Shown here piece after piece: positions 12,094-22,212 of a DNA stretch of 37,168 nt; within the stretch, counting starts at the first letter, position 1; every line of letters begins with the position of its first letter. The stretch lies in the NCBI RefSeq assembly GCF_004010195.1, contig NW_025215220.1, positions 25,825-62,992 on the forward strand. The letters are read 5' to 3'. The DNA comes from Chiloscyllium plagiosum. Taxonomy: Eukaryota. The notes under the pieces were generated by a model. It saw only the letters and a list, made by a program, of their open reading frames with translations. It was not told where the DNA came from and searched no databases. Made by a program: the position numbers and the translations under genes.

Positions 12094-12115
12094 CTGTGAA
12101 GTGATTGCAAAGGTC
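12094..12115 (-). promoter_or_regulatory. Putative splice acceptor of the ZNF terminal exon
   Basis: Minus strand ...tcacttcacag|gaatatt; the exon start that follows resembles ttttgcag|gaatat at 30250-30340, upstream of the other ZNF. Confidence 0.55.
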
Positions 12116-12629
12116 ATCACAGTCAGTCCATGATAGAAAATCTGAACGTAATTCTAGTTACTGTGGAACATTCTTTCCTCTCTTAATCCCAAAGATCTTT
12201 GTGTAGATCTATATGTATCTGTAAACCAACAGGGTTATGGGGCAGACTGCATACCTCCACGAAGAGTTCACATGGACTCAAGTTGCTGAATGGACCTCTG
12301 TAGTGCAGTATTGACACTCTTACTGAAGATCTACAATATGCTGCAGAACGGTATTACAAGCCCAGGAACAACTGCAAATCAGACAAGGTCTATTCAGAAG
12401 TTGGATCATGAACTTCTGAAGCTGCTGCTGCTCTTCCTCTCCCTCTCTGAATGAAGATTGATCTTCACCCAGACTGCAACTTCCTTCCTCTGTCTAAAAA
12501 TTTTGAACACAGACCTTTTTTTGAAGGATGGCATGTTTTCTGGTCATCACAATTAAAGGGGTGTCTTCCCCCTGATAGGCAGGTCAGGGGAGGGCAGGGT
12601 CACGTCTTGTGTTGTGTGGAATCTGTGAC

Positions 12630-13060
12630 AGCTGCAACAATTCATCCCAATTCCTGTACTCAGTGCTCTGACTGATGAAAGCAAGCATGCCCAAAGTCTT
12701 CTTCACTGCCCTGTCTATCCATGAGTCCACTTTCTAGGAGCTATGAACCTGCACCCTTACATCTCTTAGTTTGAAATACTGCATATGAAACAGATTTGGT
12801 GCTTGTTGGTATGTGTTATTATTTGGTGCTTATCTCGACTCTAACTCGGTATTTTATACTGAATGCCATGACTGATGAAGGCCAGTGTGCCAAAAATTTC
12901 TACCTGTGACTCCACTTTCAGAGAACTGTGAACATGTACACCAAGATCCCTCTGTTCCACTACACTCCTTAAGATCCGACCATTCACCATGAAATTCCTA
13001 CCTTGATTTGACTATACAAAATGTAAGACCTCACACTTATCTTTCTTAAACTCCATTTGG
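12630..13060 (-). mobile_element. CR1-type RT fragments (two partly redundant pieces)
   Basis: QMEFKKDKCEVLHF; ctgatgaa.gc.ag..tgcc.aaa repeated at 12672 and 12872. Confidence 0.7.
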
Positions 13061-13103
13061 AAATCCGAGGACCGTTTTTGGAACTGGTCCTCCTGGGAGC
13101 AGA

Positions 13104-13214
13104 TCCGCCGCATCTGCTCCCAGGAGGACCAGTTCCAAAATCCGCCGCATCTGCTCCCAGGAGGACCAGTTCCAAAATCCGCCGTATCTGCTCCCAGGAG
13201 GACCAGTTCCAAAA
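13104..13214 (+). repeat. 37 bp tandem repeat x3, preceded by an inverted copy
   Basis: Unit tccgccgcatctgctcccaggaggaccagttccaaaa at 13104, 13141 and 13178 (one C>T); 13076-13104 is the reverse complement of 13112-13140. Confidence 0.95.
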
Positions 13215-13341
13215 ACGCACAACCCAGATGGCCTCCTTCTTCAAGGACCGCAATTTCCCCTCCGACGTGGTCGACGATGCCCTCCACCGCATCTCCTCCA
13301 CTTCCCGCTCCTCCGCCCTCGAACCCCGCCCCTCCAACCGC

Positions 13342-13915
13342 CACCAGGACAGAACCCCACTGGTCCTCACCAGGACAGAACCCCACTGGTCCTCACCAGG
13401 ACAGAACCCCACTGGTCCTCACCAGGACAGAACCCCACTGGTCCTCACCAGGACAGAACCCCACTGGTCCTCACCAGGACAGAACCCCACTGGTCCTCAC
13501 CAGGACAGAACCCCACTGGTCCTCACCAGGACAGAACCCCACTGGTCCTCACCAGGACAGAACCCCACTGGTCCTCACCAGGACAGAACCCCACTGGTCC
13601 TCACCAGGACAGAACCCCACTGGTCCTCACCAGGACAGAACCCCACTGGTCCTCACCAGGACAGAACCCCACTGGTCCTCACCAGGACAGAACCCCACTG
13701 GTCCTCACCAGGACAGAACCCCACTGGTCCTCACCAGGACAGAACCCCACTGGTCCTCACCAGGACAGAACCCCACTGGTCCTCACCAGGACAGAACCCC
13801 ACTGGTCCTCACCAGGACAGAACCCCACTGGTCCTCACCAGGACAGAACCCCACTGGTCCTCACCAGGACAGAACCCCACTGGTCCTCACCAGGACAGAA
13901 CCCCACTGGTCCTCA
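13342..13915 (+). repeat. 26 bp minisatellite, 22 identical copies
   Basis: Unit caccaggacagaaccccactggtcct, period 26, from 13342 to 13913. Confidence 0.97.
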
Positions 13916-13984
13916 TTTCCGACGCCCCTCCCCCAAGTCCCTCCTCCCTATCTTTTATCTTAGCCTGCTGGACCAACTGTCCTC

Positions 13985-14020
13985 ATTCCTGAAGAAGGGC
14001 TAATGCCCGAAACGTCGATT
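13985..14020 (+). ncRNA. Minimal hammerhead ribozyme motif in PLE terminal repeat
   Basis: attc-CTGAAGA-a-GGGC taat GCCC-GAAA-cg-TC-gatt: catalytic boxes, stem II and a palindromic ACGT in place of stem III. Confidence 0.6.
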
Positions 14021-14627
14021 CTCCTGTTCCCTAGATGCTGCCTGACCTGCTGCGCTTTTCCAGCAACACATTTCCATCTCTGATCTCCAGCATCTGCAGA
14101 CCTCACTTTCTCCTTAATCTCAAGGCCACACAATCTCCTCTTAATTGATGTTTTCACTTTCTAGCTGCTGATCTTCCTGGGTGCTCTTCTTTTTACTGTA
14201 TGTTTCACGTGAACAGGTACCTATGATGGAGAGTGTTTTCAATTTATCTGAGAGTAAGGTATTAGATCGGCAGTTGCTCTCCCACTAACTTTCAAAATGC
14301 CGGGTTTGTATTGCACCATAGGACACATTAAATTCTTATTTGATTGATTTCCAGGGATCAAAACAATAAAATTCAAATCTCATTGTCTTCTGGTATCCTG
14401 GGCATAGCTTAAATTAATTAAATTTGAATTGTTGTCAAAACATCAAACAGAACACAGGTATCCATTTAACAGCCAATTGCTACATTTGAAACAGCCCGAC
14501 CTTTTGCGAGCAGCTATGGCTGTACTTTAAGTTGAGAAAAACACTCTCTATCTTAACCTGACAATACATGCTTTCGACTTCATAACATTGCATTGAGCAT
14601 TTGTCCTGGACGAACACGAAGACTCCA

Positions 14628-15135
14628 ACACCATGATGCAACCATGTAAATGTGGAGATTATGGGAAGAGATTGTAGTTACCCTGACTCGCTGGAAATTG
14701 ATTGATACAGTCACACTGGAAACAAGCATTTGCCAGCTCTACGTGTGGAAAGGGATTCACAGTGTATTCCAGCTTCCAGAAAAAATTGCTTATCACACTG
14801 AGGAGGTACCGGTTAGCTGAACCTCCCGTGGAAAATGTTTCACACAGTCAGTCAACCTCACTCTGCACCAACGAGTTCACACTGGGGACAGGCTGTTTCT
14901 GTGCCCTGTATGTGGGAAGGAATTTGCACGGACATCAAACTTGTTGCAACATCAGCGAGTTCACACTGGAGATAAATTACTTACTTGCTCAGAGTTTGCA
15001 AAGGGATTCGGATAGTCACACAACCCGCTGATGCATCAACACATTCATTCTGGTGAGAGTGTGTAAAAGAATTCACTTCTGCCGACACATCAATGAGTTC
15101 ATACTAGGGAGAGATTATTCACTTGCTCCGAGTGT
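14628..15135 (+). pseudogene. Highly degenerate C2H2 zinc-finger pseudogene
   Basis: accatg...ccatgtaaatgtggagattatgggaag, tgtggaaagggattcac, caccaacgagttcacactgggg and catcagcgagttcacactggaga (HQRVHTG motifs); stops and frameshifts. Confidence 0.8.
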
Positions 15136-15319
15136 AATACAAACTGCATTCAGTTTTCTCAGCTCTTCAGTACAGTTACAACTTTGGCATCTAACCAACA
15201 ATCTGGAAATTTGCCAGATTGCCTGTGCACACGTAGCAGTATGCATCCAACTCAGGATTAATCGTCCTATCAGTATACTCTCGATTATCGATAAAGCTAT
15301 GCAACATATCGTATAACAT

Positions 15320-15468
15320 TACCTCAGTACCACCAGTCTCACTCAGGTACTGACCTCATTCTAGCCTTGGTTAAAACATGGACAAAAAAGCTTAATCCGA
15401 GAGGTGAGATGAGATTGACAGCCCTTGACCTCAAGGCTGCATTCGACCCAGTGTGGCATCAAGGTGCT
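15320..15468 (+). mobile_element. LINE RT fragment (CR1/L2 group)
   Basis: Translates as DLILALVKTWTKKLNPRGEMRLTALDLKAAFDPVWHQG. Confidence 0.75.
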
Positions 15469-15762
15469 TTGATTAGATTTCAGGATGTAATTTACTACTG
15501 CGTACGTTATTCTCTATATAAATCACAACGATCCTCTTGATTAGGTTCCAGTCTGTAATTCATTCCCGCGTATGTTATTCTATGTACAAACAATCCCGAA
15601 CCCCTCAATTAGATTATAGCCTGTGTCACACACTCAGTTTTCTGTTATACTGGATTTAATCATCCTGATTCCCTCGATCAAATTTCCGTCTGTCGATCAC
15701 TTCTGATTGTGTTATTCTGTCAGTTAACAAACCCCATCTCTTGATTAGATTCCAGTCTATAA
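15469..15762 (+). repeat. Diverged ~68 bp tandem repeat, about 4.3 copies
   Basis: Recurring t.gattagattccagtctgt...tgttattct.t motif at ~15469, 15537, 15605, 15673 and 15741. Confidence 0.75.
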
Positions 15763-16034
15763 AACCCTAGCTTTTTTGAGCGACCAATTTATAATCGCTC
15801 TGTCGAATGTAAAATCACGGTCTTCCATGGCATAAATTTTACCCAACATGGCATGCGAATGTGATCGCACCCCATTCTTAATGCATGAGTCCCACGAGCA
15901 CGCGCAATGCACGCTTACAGGCACATGGGCTGGAGTTGGGAACATGCGCACTGATGGTCGGGAAGCCGGAAGGGAGAATGATGTCAATTTCGGTCCAACA
16001 CTGACAGTGTTGGTTCCGAGAAACTCCTCTCACA

Positions 16035-16318
16035 GATTAGATTAGATTACTTACAGTGTGGAAACAGGCTATTCGGCCCAACATCAACCCTCCGAAGAGC
16101 AACTCACCCAGACCCATTCCCCTACATTTACCCCTGGCTAATCCACCTAACACTATGGGCAATTTAGCATGGCCAATTTACCTAACCTGCACAGTTTTGG
16201 ATTGTGGGAGGAAACCGGAGCACCCGGAGGAAACCCACGCAGACACGGGGATAATGTGCAAACTCCACACAGACAGTTGCCCGAGGCGGTAACTACCGCC
16301 CGAGCCACCGTGCCGCCC
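16035..16318 (-). mobile_element. HE1/V-SINE-type SINE with partly deleted tRNA head
   Basis: (agatt)3 tail, ggaggaaaccggagcacccggaggaaacccacgcagacacgggg...aaactccacacagacag, head gagccaccgtgccgccc. Confidence 0.85.
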
Positions 16319-16569
16319 TAATGGGCGGGGGGCATTTACAGGCTTTTCCTCGAGTAATGTTTGAATGTTTGACTGGAGTCGTGTGGTAAGTCTTTCTGAT
16401 CTCGGTCTCATTCACATGATAATTTTGGTGGTTTGTAGTTTACTGCGAATGTTAAACTGCACTCCTTAATCTTACTCATACATGGGACCAAAACGTCTTT
16501 AGCATCGATTTGCTATCCCTAATTGTGCTATTCTGAGTTCCAGACTTCAGGCCCTTGGAGTTGGATTCT

Positions 16570-16660
16570 AGTGTGTGGTGCTGGCAAAGCACAGCAGGTC
16601 AGGCAGCATCCAAGGAGGAGGAGAATCGATGTTTCGGGCAAAATCCCTTCATCAGGAAAC
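16570..16660 (-). mobile_element. Penelope-like terminal fragment with hammerhead-like core
   Basis: Minus strand: cCTGATGAagggattttgcccGAAAcaTCgattctcc...gctgcctgacctgctgtgc. Confidence 0.65.
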
Positions 16661-16911
16661 CCTGGGGTTCGATGTCAGTTTGAATGAGAATGTTGGGCAT
16701 TTACTGAGCTCCTTGAGTTCAGAGGTTTAGAGCTGGAGAAGATGATAGAGATCGCGAGGGACAAGACTATGAGCAAACATTGACATTTTATAATGGATCT
16801 GCTGTATCACCAGGAACCTGTGTGCGTCAGCAGGCATGGCAATCATAGATTAAACGAACTTGGTGTGAGGAAGGCGAGAAGCAGCCGTGATCTGGAACGA
16901 AAGGAGCTCAC

Positions 16912-17025
16912 TGGACCTGAAATGTTGATTGTACTGTCTGCCCATTGCTGCTCCCAGACCTACTGAGGTTCTCCAGCAATTTTTGTTTTTGTTTCTGTTT
17001 CAGATTTCCAGCATCCACAGTTACT
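16912..17025 (+). mobile_element. Penelope-like terminal fragment, second subfamily
   Basis: cctgaaatgttga...ccagacctactgagg ttctccagcaattttt...cagatttccagcatcc; reverse-similar to 25700-25765. Confidence 0.5.
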
Positions 17026-18184
17026 TGTTTCTTGTTTCGCGATTTGGATGATCTCAGATTTATGTGGAGTACTATGTTTCAGGCCTTCAGGTGTGTGACA
17101 GAAGAATCAAACACAAGAGGTGACAAAGGCACAGTGTGATTTTCAGAATCAGATGAACTGAGGTGGGGCAGGGTCAGAAATTATTCCTGAGATTTGAAGA
17201 GGTGGTCCCAATGAAAGTGTGGACATGCAGCTGGTAGCTCATCTGAGAGGTAAAGCATTTACCAAGCTTTCAAGTGGCTACTTCAGCCTCACACATTTGG
17301 CATGAGGATCGATGGAAGTGGTGCTGGAGAGTGGTGTTTGCAGTGTGATTTGGACATAATGGATTTGAACTTCTCATTATTTAATTGTGCAAGAGTTCCA
17401 AGTATCTAGAATTGGGTGTTGGGCAGGTGAATGCCGTGCGAACCTCAGAGAGAAACGTGAGAACAATGATTTCACATTTTCACTTTACTTGTTTTATTTC
17501 CCGCCAAGTTGACTCTCTCTGTCTGATGGTTGACAGGCTGGGAGATTGTGGGTTGGGCCGTGATAGACTGAGTGTTTTATTGTTCGGGAAGGTGTAAAAG
17601 GCCGGGGCGGGGTGGGGGGTGGGGTTGCGGTTGGGCGGGCGGGGTGGTGGGCGGGGGATGTCAAAGCTTCAATAGAAATCCAGCAGAACTGAGAACAGAC
17701 AACACCGAGCTCTGTGGGAACAGGGAGATCAACAGAGGACAGAGAAATCTGGACCTGAAATCCAAGCTGACATCAGACTACCATGTTATCAGTGCTTTGA
17801 TTTGCATTGCCAACCCTCTACCTTTACCCAACTTCCCATTTGATTTGAATGTCACGTACCCTCAATATTCAGGATCCAATCCTTGTCATCCTAAAACCAC
17901 GTCTCTGTAAGGAGTCTCAGATCACACTTATGTACTTCAGTCAATTCGTTCACTTTTCTTACAGTGCAGCACACATTCAGACACAGTCATTAGTTTCAAT
18001 TTTTGTGACCTTTTCAATCTAGCTTTGATTAGTGGTACATTTATCCCCTTTGTCCCTTTCTATTGTTCTCTGACATTCACTTACCACATTACTACATTGC
18101 TCACCTGCCTTGATTTGGAATTGCCCTTCATGTCCAGGGATGTGCAGGTTAGACAGGTTAGCCATGGGAAATGCAGACTTATCG

Positions 18185-18935
18185 TTTCATAGTAATAGAG
18201 GCAGGAGTCGGCTATTTGGTCTGTCGAGCCTGCTCCACTATTCATTCAGATGATGGCTGATCTATCCATCATCTCAGCTCCTCCTACCTGCATTATTCCA
18301 TCTACCCTTAATTCCCCTCCATGGAATATCCCATCCAACTGTGTCTTGAATATAATTAATGAAGCTGCCTCATCTGCTCCCTTGGGCAGAGAATTCCACA
18401 GAGTCACACGAATTACAACATGGAAAGAGACCCTTCAGTCCAACTCATGCATGTTGACCAGTTATCCGAAACAGTCTCGTCCCATTTGCTAGCACTTGGC
18501 CCATATCTCCCTAAACCCTTCCAATACATGGACCCATCCAGATGCCTTTTAAATGTCGTAATTATACGAGCCTCCACGACTTCCTCAAGCACCTAATTCC
18601 ATACCCGCACCATGCTCTGTGTTAAAATGTTGTCCCTTAAGTCCCTTTTATTTCATTCCCCACTCACCGTAAATGTATGCCATCTAGTTCTAGACTCCCT
18701 CAATTGAGGGAAAAGACCTTGTCTGTTTATCCTATCAATGCGGCATGATTCCTGAAGATGGGCTCATGCCCGAAACGTCGATTCTCCTGCTCCTTGGATG
18801 CTGCCTGACCTGCTGCGCTTTTCTAGCAACACATTTTCAGCCCGTAGCCTACCAATGCCCTCATAATTTTGTAAACCTCCATAAAGTCACCCCTCAGCCT
18901 CCAAGGCTCCAGAGAAAACAGCCCCAACCTGTTCA
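18185..18935 (-). mobile_element. Two CR1-type 3' fragments; the second is interrupted by a PLE terminal fragment at 18745-18840
   Basis: Reverse complement of the CR1 3' end. The insert ctgaagatgggctcatgcccgaaacgtcg...ttttcagc splits ...cctatcaatgc / atgccctcataattttg. Confidence 0.8.
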
Positions 18936-19013
18936 ATGTCAACTATATTTCACTCTGAGCAAGACTCAGCTGGTTCAAGAGGTAGCGCGGGGCCGCAGAA
19001 GTGGCTGCTGTGT

Positions 19014-19095
19014 TGCTCGTTGGTCGAGGGGTATGGTTTTCGGTTTGGGTCTCCTTCGATACAGACATGCGAGAGATCCCAGGTTCAAATCGCCG
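19014..19095 (+). tRNA. tRNA-Pro(TGG) pseudogene with 18 nt insert after position 37 (19050-19067); 3' acceptor strand lost
   Basis: gctcgttggtcgaggggtatgg...tttggg[insert]tgcgagagatcccaggttcaaatc matches the vertebrate tRNA-Pro sequence. Confidence 0.75.
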
Positions 19096-19609
19096 TTTGA
19101 CGTGAATGACGAGACGGTCTGCATAGTCAGAACCCGCATCCCGGGGACAGAATGACAAGCTCATGTTCTGGAAACTCTTTGCTGATGCCAATTCTTGGAG
19201 CAAAGTGGAATGTATTTCACAGTGAGCAAGTTTCAGCTGGCTCAGAGTGTCCAGTGTACGTTGCTCTCTTTCCCGCCAGCTCTTTCCTATTCACTCAATG
19301 TCGGCTTTAGCAGCTTTCCCGTATAACGGCGCACTGTTGTGCACCTCGCCTTCTCATCTGCTTCCCAAAAAACTTCGATGTAAATATTTCACATTGATGC
19401 ACTGGCCCAATGTGCACAGTTGAGATGACACACTCGTGGAGGTCTGCGGGGATTTCTCCTGTTCTCTGTACCCGATGTGGAGGAGGGCATGCTTGTCACT
19501 GGTTTAGAAAAGTTTAGAAAGAAAACGGTTTAATTTTCTGCCAGTAGAGAGGGCCCGGTTCCTAGGGACGGGCAAACGGCAGCAGAGAGACAGAATGAGA
19601 AGCAGCTGT

Positions 19610-20035
19610 TCATAGAGTTATAGAGATGTACAGCATGGAAACAGACCCTTCAGTCCAAGCCGTCCATGCCGATCAGATATCCCACCTCAATCTAGTCCCA
19701 CCTGCCAGCACCCAGCCCATATCCCTCCAAACCCTTCCTTTTCATATATCCATCCAAACGCCTCTTAAATGTTGCAATTGTACCAGCCTCCACCACTTTC
19801 TCTGGCAGCTCATTCCATACACGCACCACCCTCTGTGTGAAAAAGTTGCCCCTTAGGTCTCTTTTATATCTTTCCCATATCACCCTAAATCTATGCCCTC
19901 TAGTTCTTGACTCCCCGAACCCAGGGAAAAGACTTTGCCTATTTATCCTATTCATGCCCCTCATAATTTTGTAAACCTCCATAAAGTCACCCTTCAGCCT
20001 CCGACGTTCCAGAGAAAACATCCCCAGCCTGTTCA
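19610..20035 (-). mobile_element. CR1-type LINE 3' fragment, well preserved
   Basis: LNRLGMFSLERRRLKGDFMEVYKIMRG...NFFTQRVVRVWNELPEKVVEA. Confidence 0.9.
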
Positions 20036-20126
20036 ATGTCAAATATACTTCAGTCTGAGCAATACTCAGCTGGTTCAAGAGGTAGAGCGGGGGGGGGGGG
20101 GGGGGGCGCAGGCGGGTCTGTTGTGT

Positions 20127-20203
20127 GGCTCGTTGGTCTAGGGGCATGATTCTCGCTTTGGGTTTTCGTCGACGCAGATGTGCGAGAGATCCCGGACGAG
20201 CCT
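20127..20203 (+). tRNA. tRNA-Pro(TGG) pseudogene with 18 nt insert after position 37 (20163-20180) and T-arm deletion
   Basis: ggctcgttggtctaggggcatgattctcgctttggg[ttttcgtcgacgcagatg]tgcgagagatcccggacgagcc; the gggttcaaa segment is missing. Confidence 0.85.
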
Positions 20204-20369
20204 GCATTTCATGACTTGTGCAAAGGTGCCTGTTTGATTTTCTCAAAAAGCACCTTCGTTAAACGAGGTTGGGCTCCTTGGAGTACCAATGGGACAGAAA
20301 GCAGAGAAGTGAAATGATTGGAGATAGCGTTGAATAGGTTGACGGGAGTAGTGCGGTGTTTGAGGGATG

Positions 20370-20810
20370 TCAGCGATGAGGGTCGATTGGAAATTTGGGA
20401 CAGCTCTCCTCGGAGAACAGAAGTTTGAAATCTGGCCCCATTGAAGCTTTTCCAGTCATGCGAAGTCGAGACAGAGAAAGTAATGTCGTCAAAATGCTCC
20501 CACGCCTGAAAGCATCGGCAACGATTCGGCAGAGTTTTAAAGTCATGAGGAAAAGAAACAAAAGTGACATTAGGAAGAACGCATTCGTACAGGGAGTGGT
20601 TGGGGTCAGTCAATCCCTAACTGACACTGACAAAGAGGCAGATTCATTAGATGCAAACGGGAATTCGGTGGTCATGTTTAAAGTAACAATGTGCAGAATT
20701 ACATGGAGAAGGCAAGAGAATGCTACGAATAGAGACCCACGTTTACTTACTGTGTCGACCCAGCAGAGCGAAGGTGGGCCGCAATGCGTCTATTCAGAGT
20801 GAAATCACAG
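20370..20810 (+). mobile_element. Old CR1-like 3' relic, duplicated at 23900-24345
   Basis: LGQLSSENRSLKSGPIEAFPVMR / LGQLSLENRGLKAGLIEVFHVMR resemble the CR1 C-terminal LGLFSLE.RRL.GDLIEV.KIMR. Confidence 0.6.
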
Positions 20811-20987
20811 TTCGACCAACAGAATGTGGGAAGTTAGAAAAGGTTTATATTTACACAGCCTCCATACGTCTGTGCAACACCATATAAGACGACAGCAGTG
20901 GAGATCTTTGACATCAGTCTCGAACGTGCATGCCACGCGCCAGACGAAAGGCTGAAGGGACCTGTGGAAAATTGCCATTCGGGCAGG

Positions 20988-21059
20988 ATCTGAGTGGTGC
21001 AGCGGGTGCGTGCTGAGCCCATATCCCAGAGGTCGTTGGTTCGAAACCCTCCTCTGCTA
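20988..21059 (+). tRNA. Initiator tRNA-Met(CAT) pseudogene, full length 72 nt
   Basis: atctgagtggtgcagcgggtgcgtgctgagccCATatcccagaggtcgttggttcgaaaccctcctctgcta aligns without gaps to the vertebrate iMet tRNA; mismatches break the acceptor and anticodon stems. Confidence 0.85.
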
Positions 21060-21902
21060 GTGTTCAATGTCTCCTTGAGCGATTTTCCTGGGTGAGGGTA
21101 CTCAGCTCATCGTCTTGCCTTTCAACGATTTCCTGTGTGTCTGAATGCCCTGAATCATACCAATACACTCGTGAAACTCACACCGTTCAAGTAGCTGGCT
21201 TTTGGAGGTCTGAGTGGTCTTCTCCTGTTTTTCATCGGTTTCCTGTGACCTGAATCGCAAACCCACTTCTCTGAGATGCCATTGCATATCTTGTTCTTTC
21301 ATCCCTTCCCTGCCGTAATTCGCCTCGGACGTGGATGACAAGATGATCAGAAGCATGTCAGAAACTGCATCACCATTCAGACACAGTCCCTTACTATTCG
21401 GACAGATATCACTGATTGTGAATCATCTCAGAGAGAGACAAGTGGCAGATAGTCGTCGTGGACACGATGGGCTGGTCCTCCTCTGTCGGCGGGAGAATGA
21501 TGCTACGTGTTTATGCCGTCCCTGGGACTGAGAGGCTGAGGGAGCAACAATGGATCATTTTTAACCAGCCCTTGCGTGTTGGACTGACTGCAGTACCGCA
21601 GCTCAGTGCCGTGGGGATGACTCTCAGTGAGTGAAGTTTTCACTCGGATTCTCTTCATCTGGGGCACTTGGGGCTCAGATGTTTCCTGCTGCGCGGTCGC
21701 AGCGATGAAAGCGATGCCCACTTTCCGAGAGATTTTCCGTAAGATTGCTGTGTGAAGACGAATTCTGAACACCAAGCAGGCTGCACAACTATGTACTCAT
21801 ATGAATCTACTTGATGGAAGAGTCCTCGGTGTCCATTTCTCTCTGCCCCGTCAGCACAGCTGACATCTTTCTATCTCTCCGATAACAGACGTTTGGAGGA
21901 AA

Positions 21903-22212
21903 GATTAGATTAGATGACATTACAGTATGGAAACAGGCCCTTCGGGCCAGCAAATCCACACCAACCCGCCGAAGCGCAACCCACCCATACCACTACATTT
22001 ACCCCTTATTACCTAACTCTACGGGCAATTTAGCATGGCCAAATCACCTGACCTGCACATCTTTGTGACTGTGGGAGGAAACCGGAGCACCCGGAGGAAA
22101 CCCACGCAGACACGGGGAGAATGTGCAAACTCCACACAGTCAGTCGCCTGAATCGGGAATTGAACCCGGGTCTTTGGCGCTTTGAGGTAGCAGTGCTAAC
22201 CACTGTGCCAGC
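21903..22212 (-). mobile_element. Near full-length HE1/V-SINE-type SINE
   Basis: Minus strand: tggcacagtggttagcactgct...gacccgggttcaattccc...gtgtggagtttgcacattctccccgtgtctgcgtggg..., with (aatct)n tail. Confidence 0.9.

Larger units (their letters stand above)
13075..14115 (+). mobile_element. Internally deleted Penelope-like element with rearranged 5' end, internal minisatellite and terminal repeat
   Basis: RRICSQEDQFQKRTTQMASFFKDRNFPSDVVDDALHRI...DRTPLVLT resembles the PLE RT-thumb/linker region. 13921-14115 is the terminal repeat also seen at 5715, 18745 and 32335. Confidence 0.75.

Noticed and set aside
13342..13915. CRISPR array
   Set aside because: The repeats are contiguous with no unique spacers, there are no cas genes, and the context is vertebrate.
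13057..13992. 311 aa and 228 aa repetitive ORFs as novel proteins
   Set aside because: They are read-through of a stop-free 26 bp repeat cycling through all three frames, attached to a PLE fragment; there is no evidence of a gene.
21495..21535. C/D box snoRNA (aatgatg...ctga)
   Set aside because: Too short, imperfect C box, no convincing terminal stem and no recognisable guide sequence.
22130..22212. Functional tRNA gene on the minus strand
   Set aside because: The A and B boxes belong to a SINE head followed by the V-SINE body and tail.
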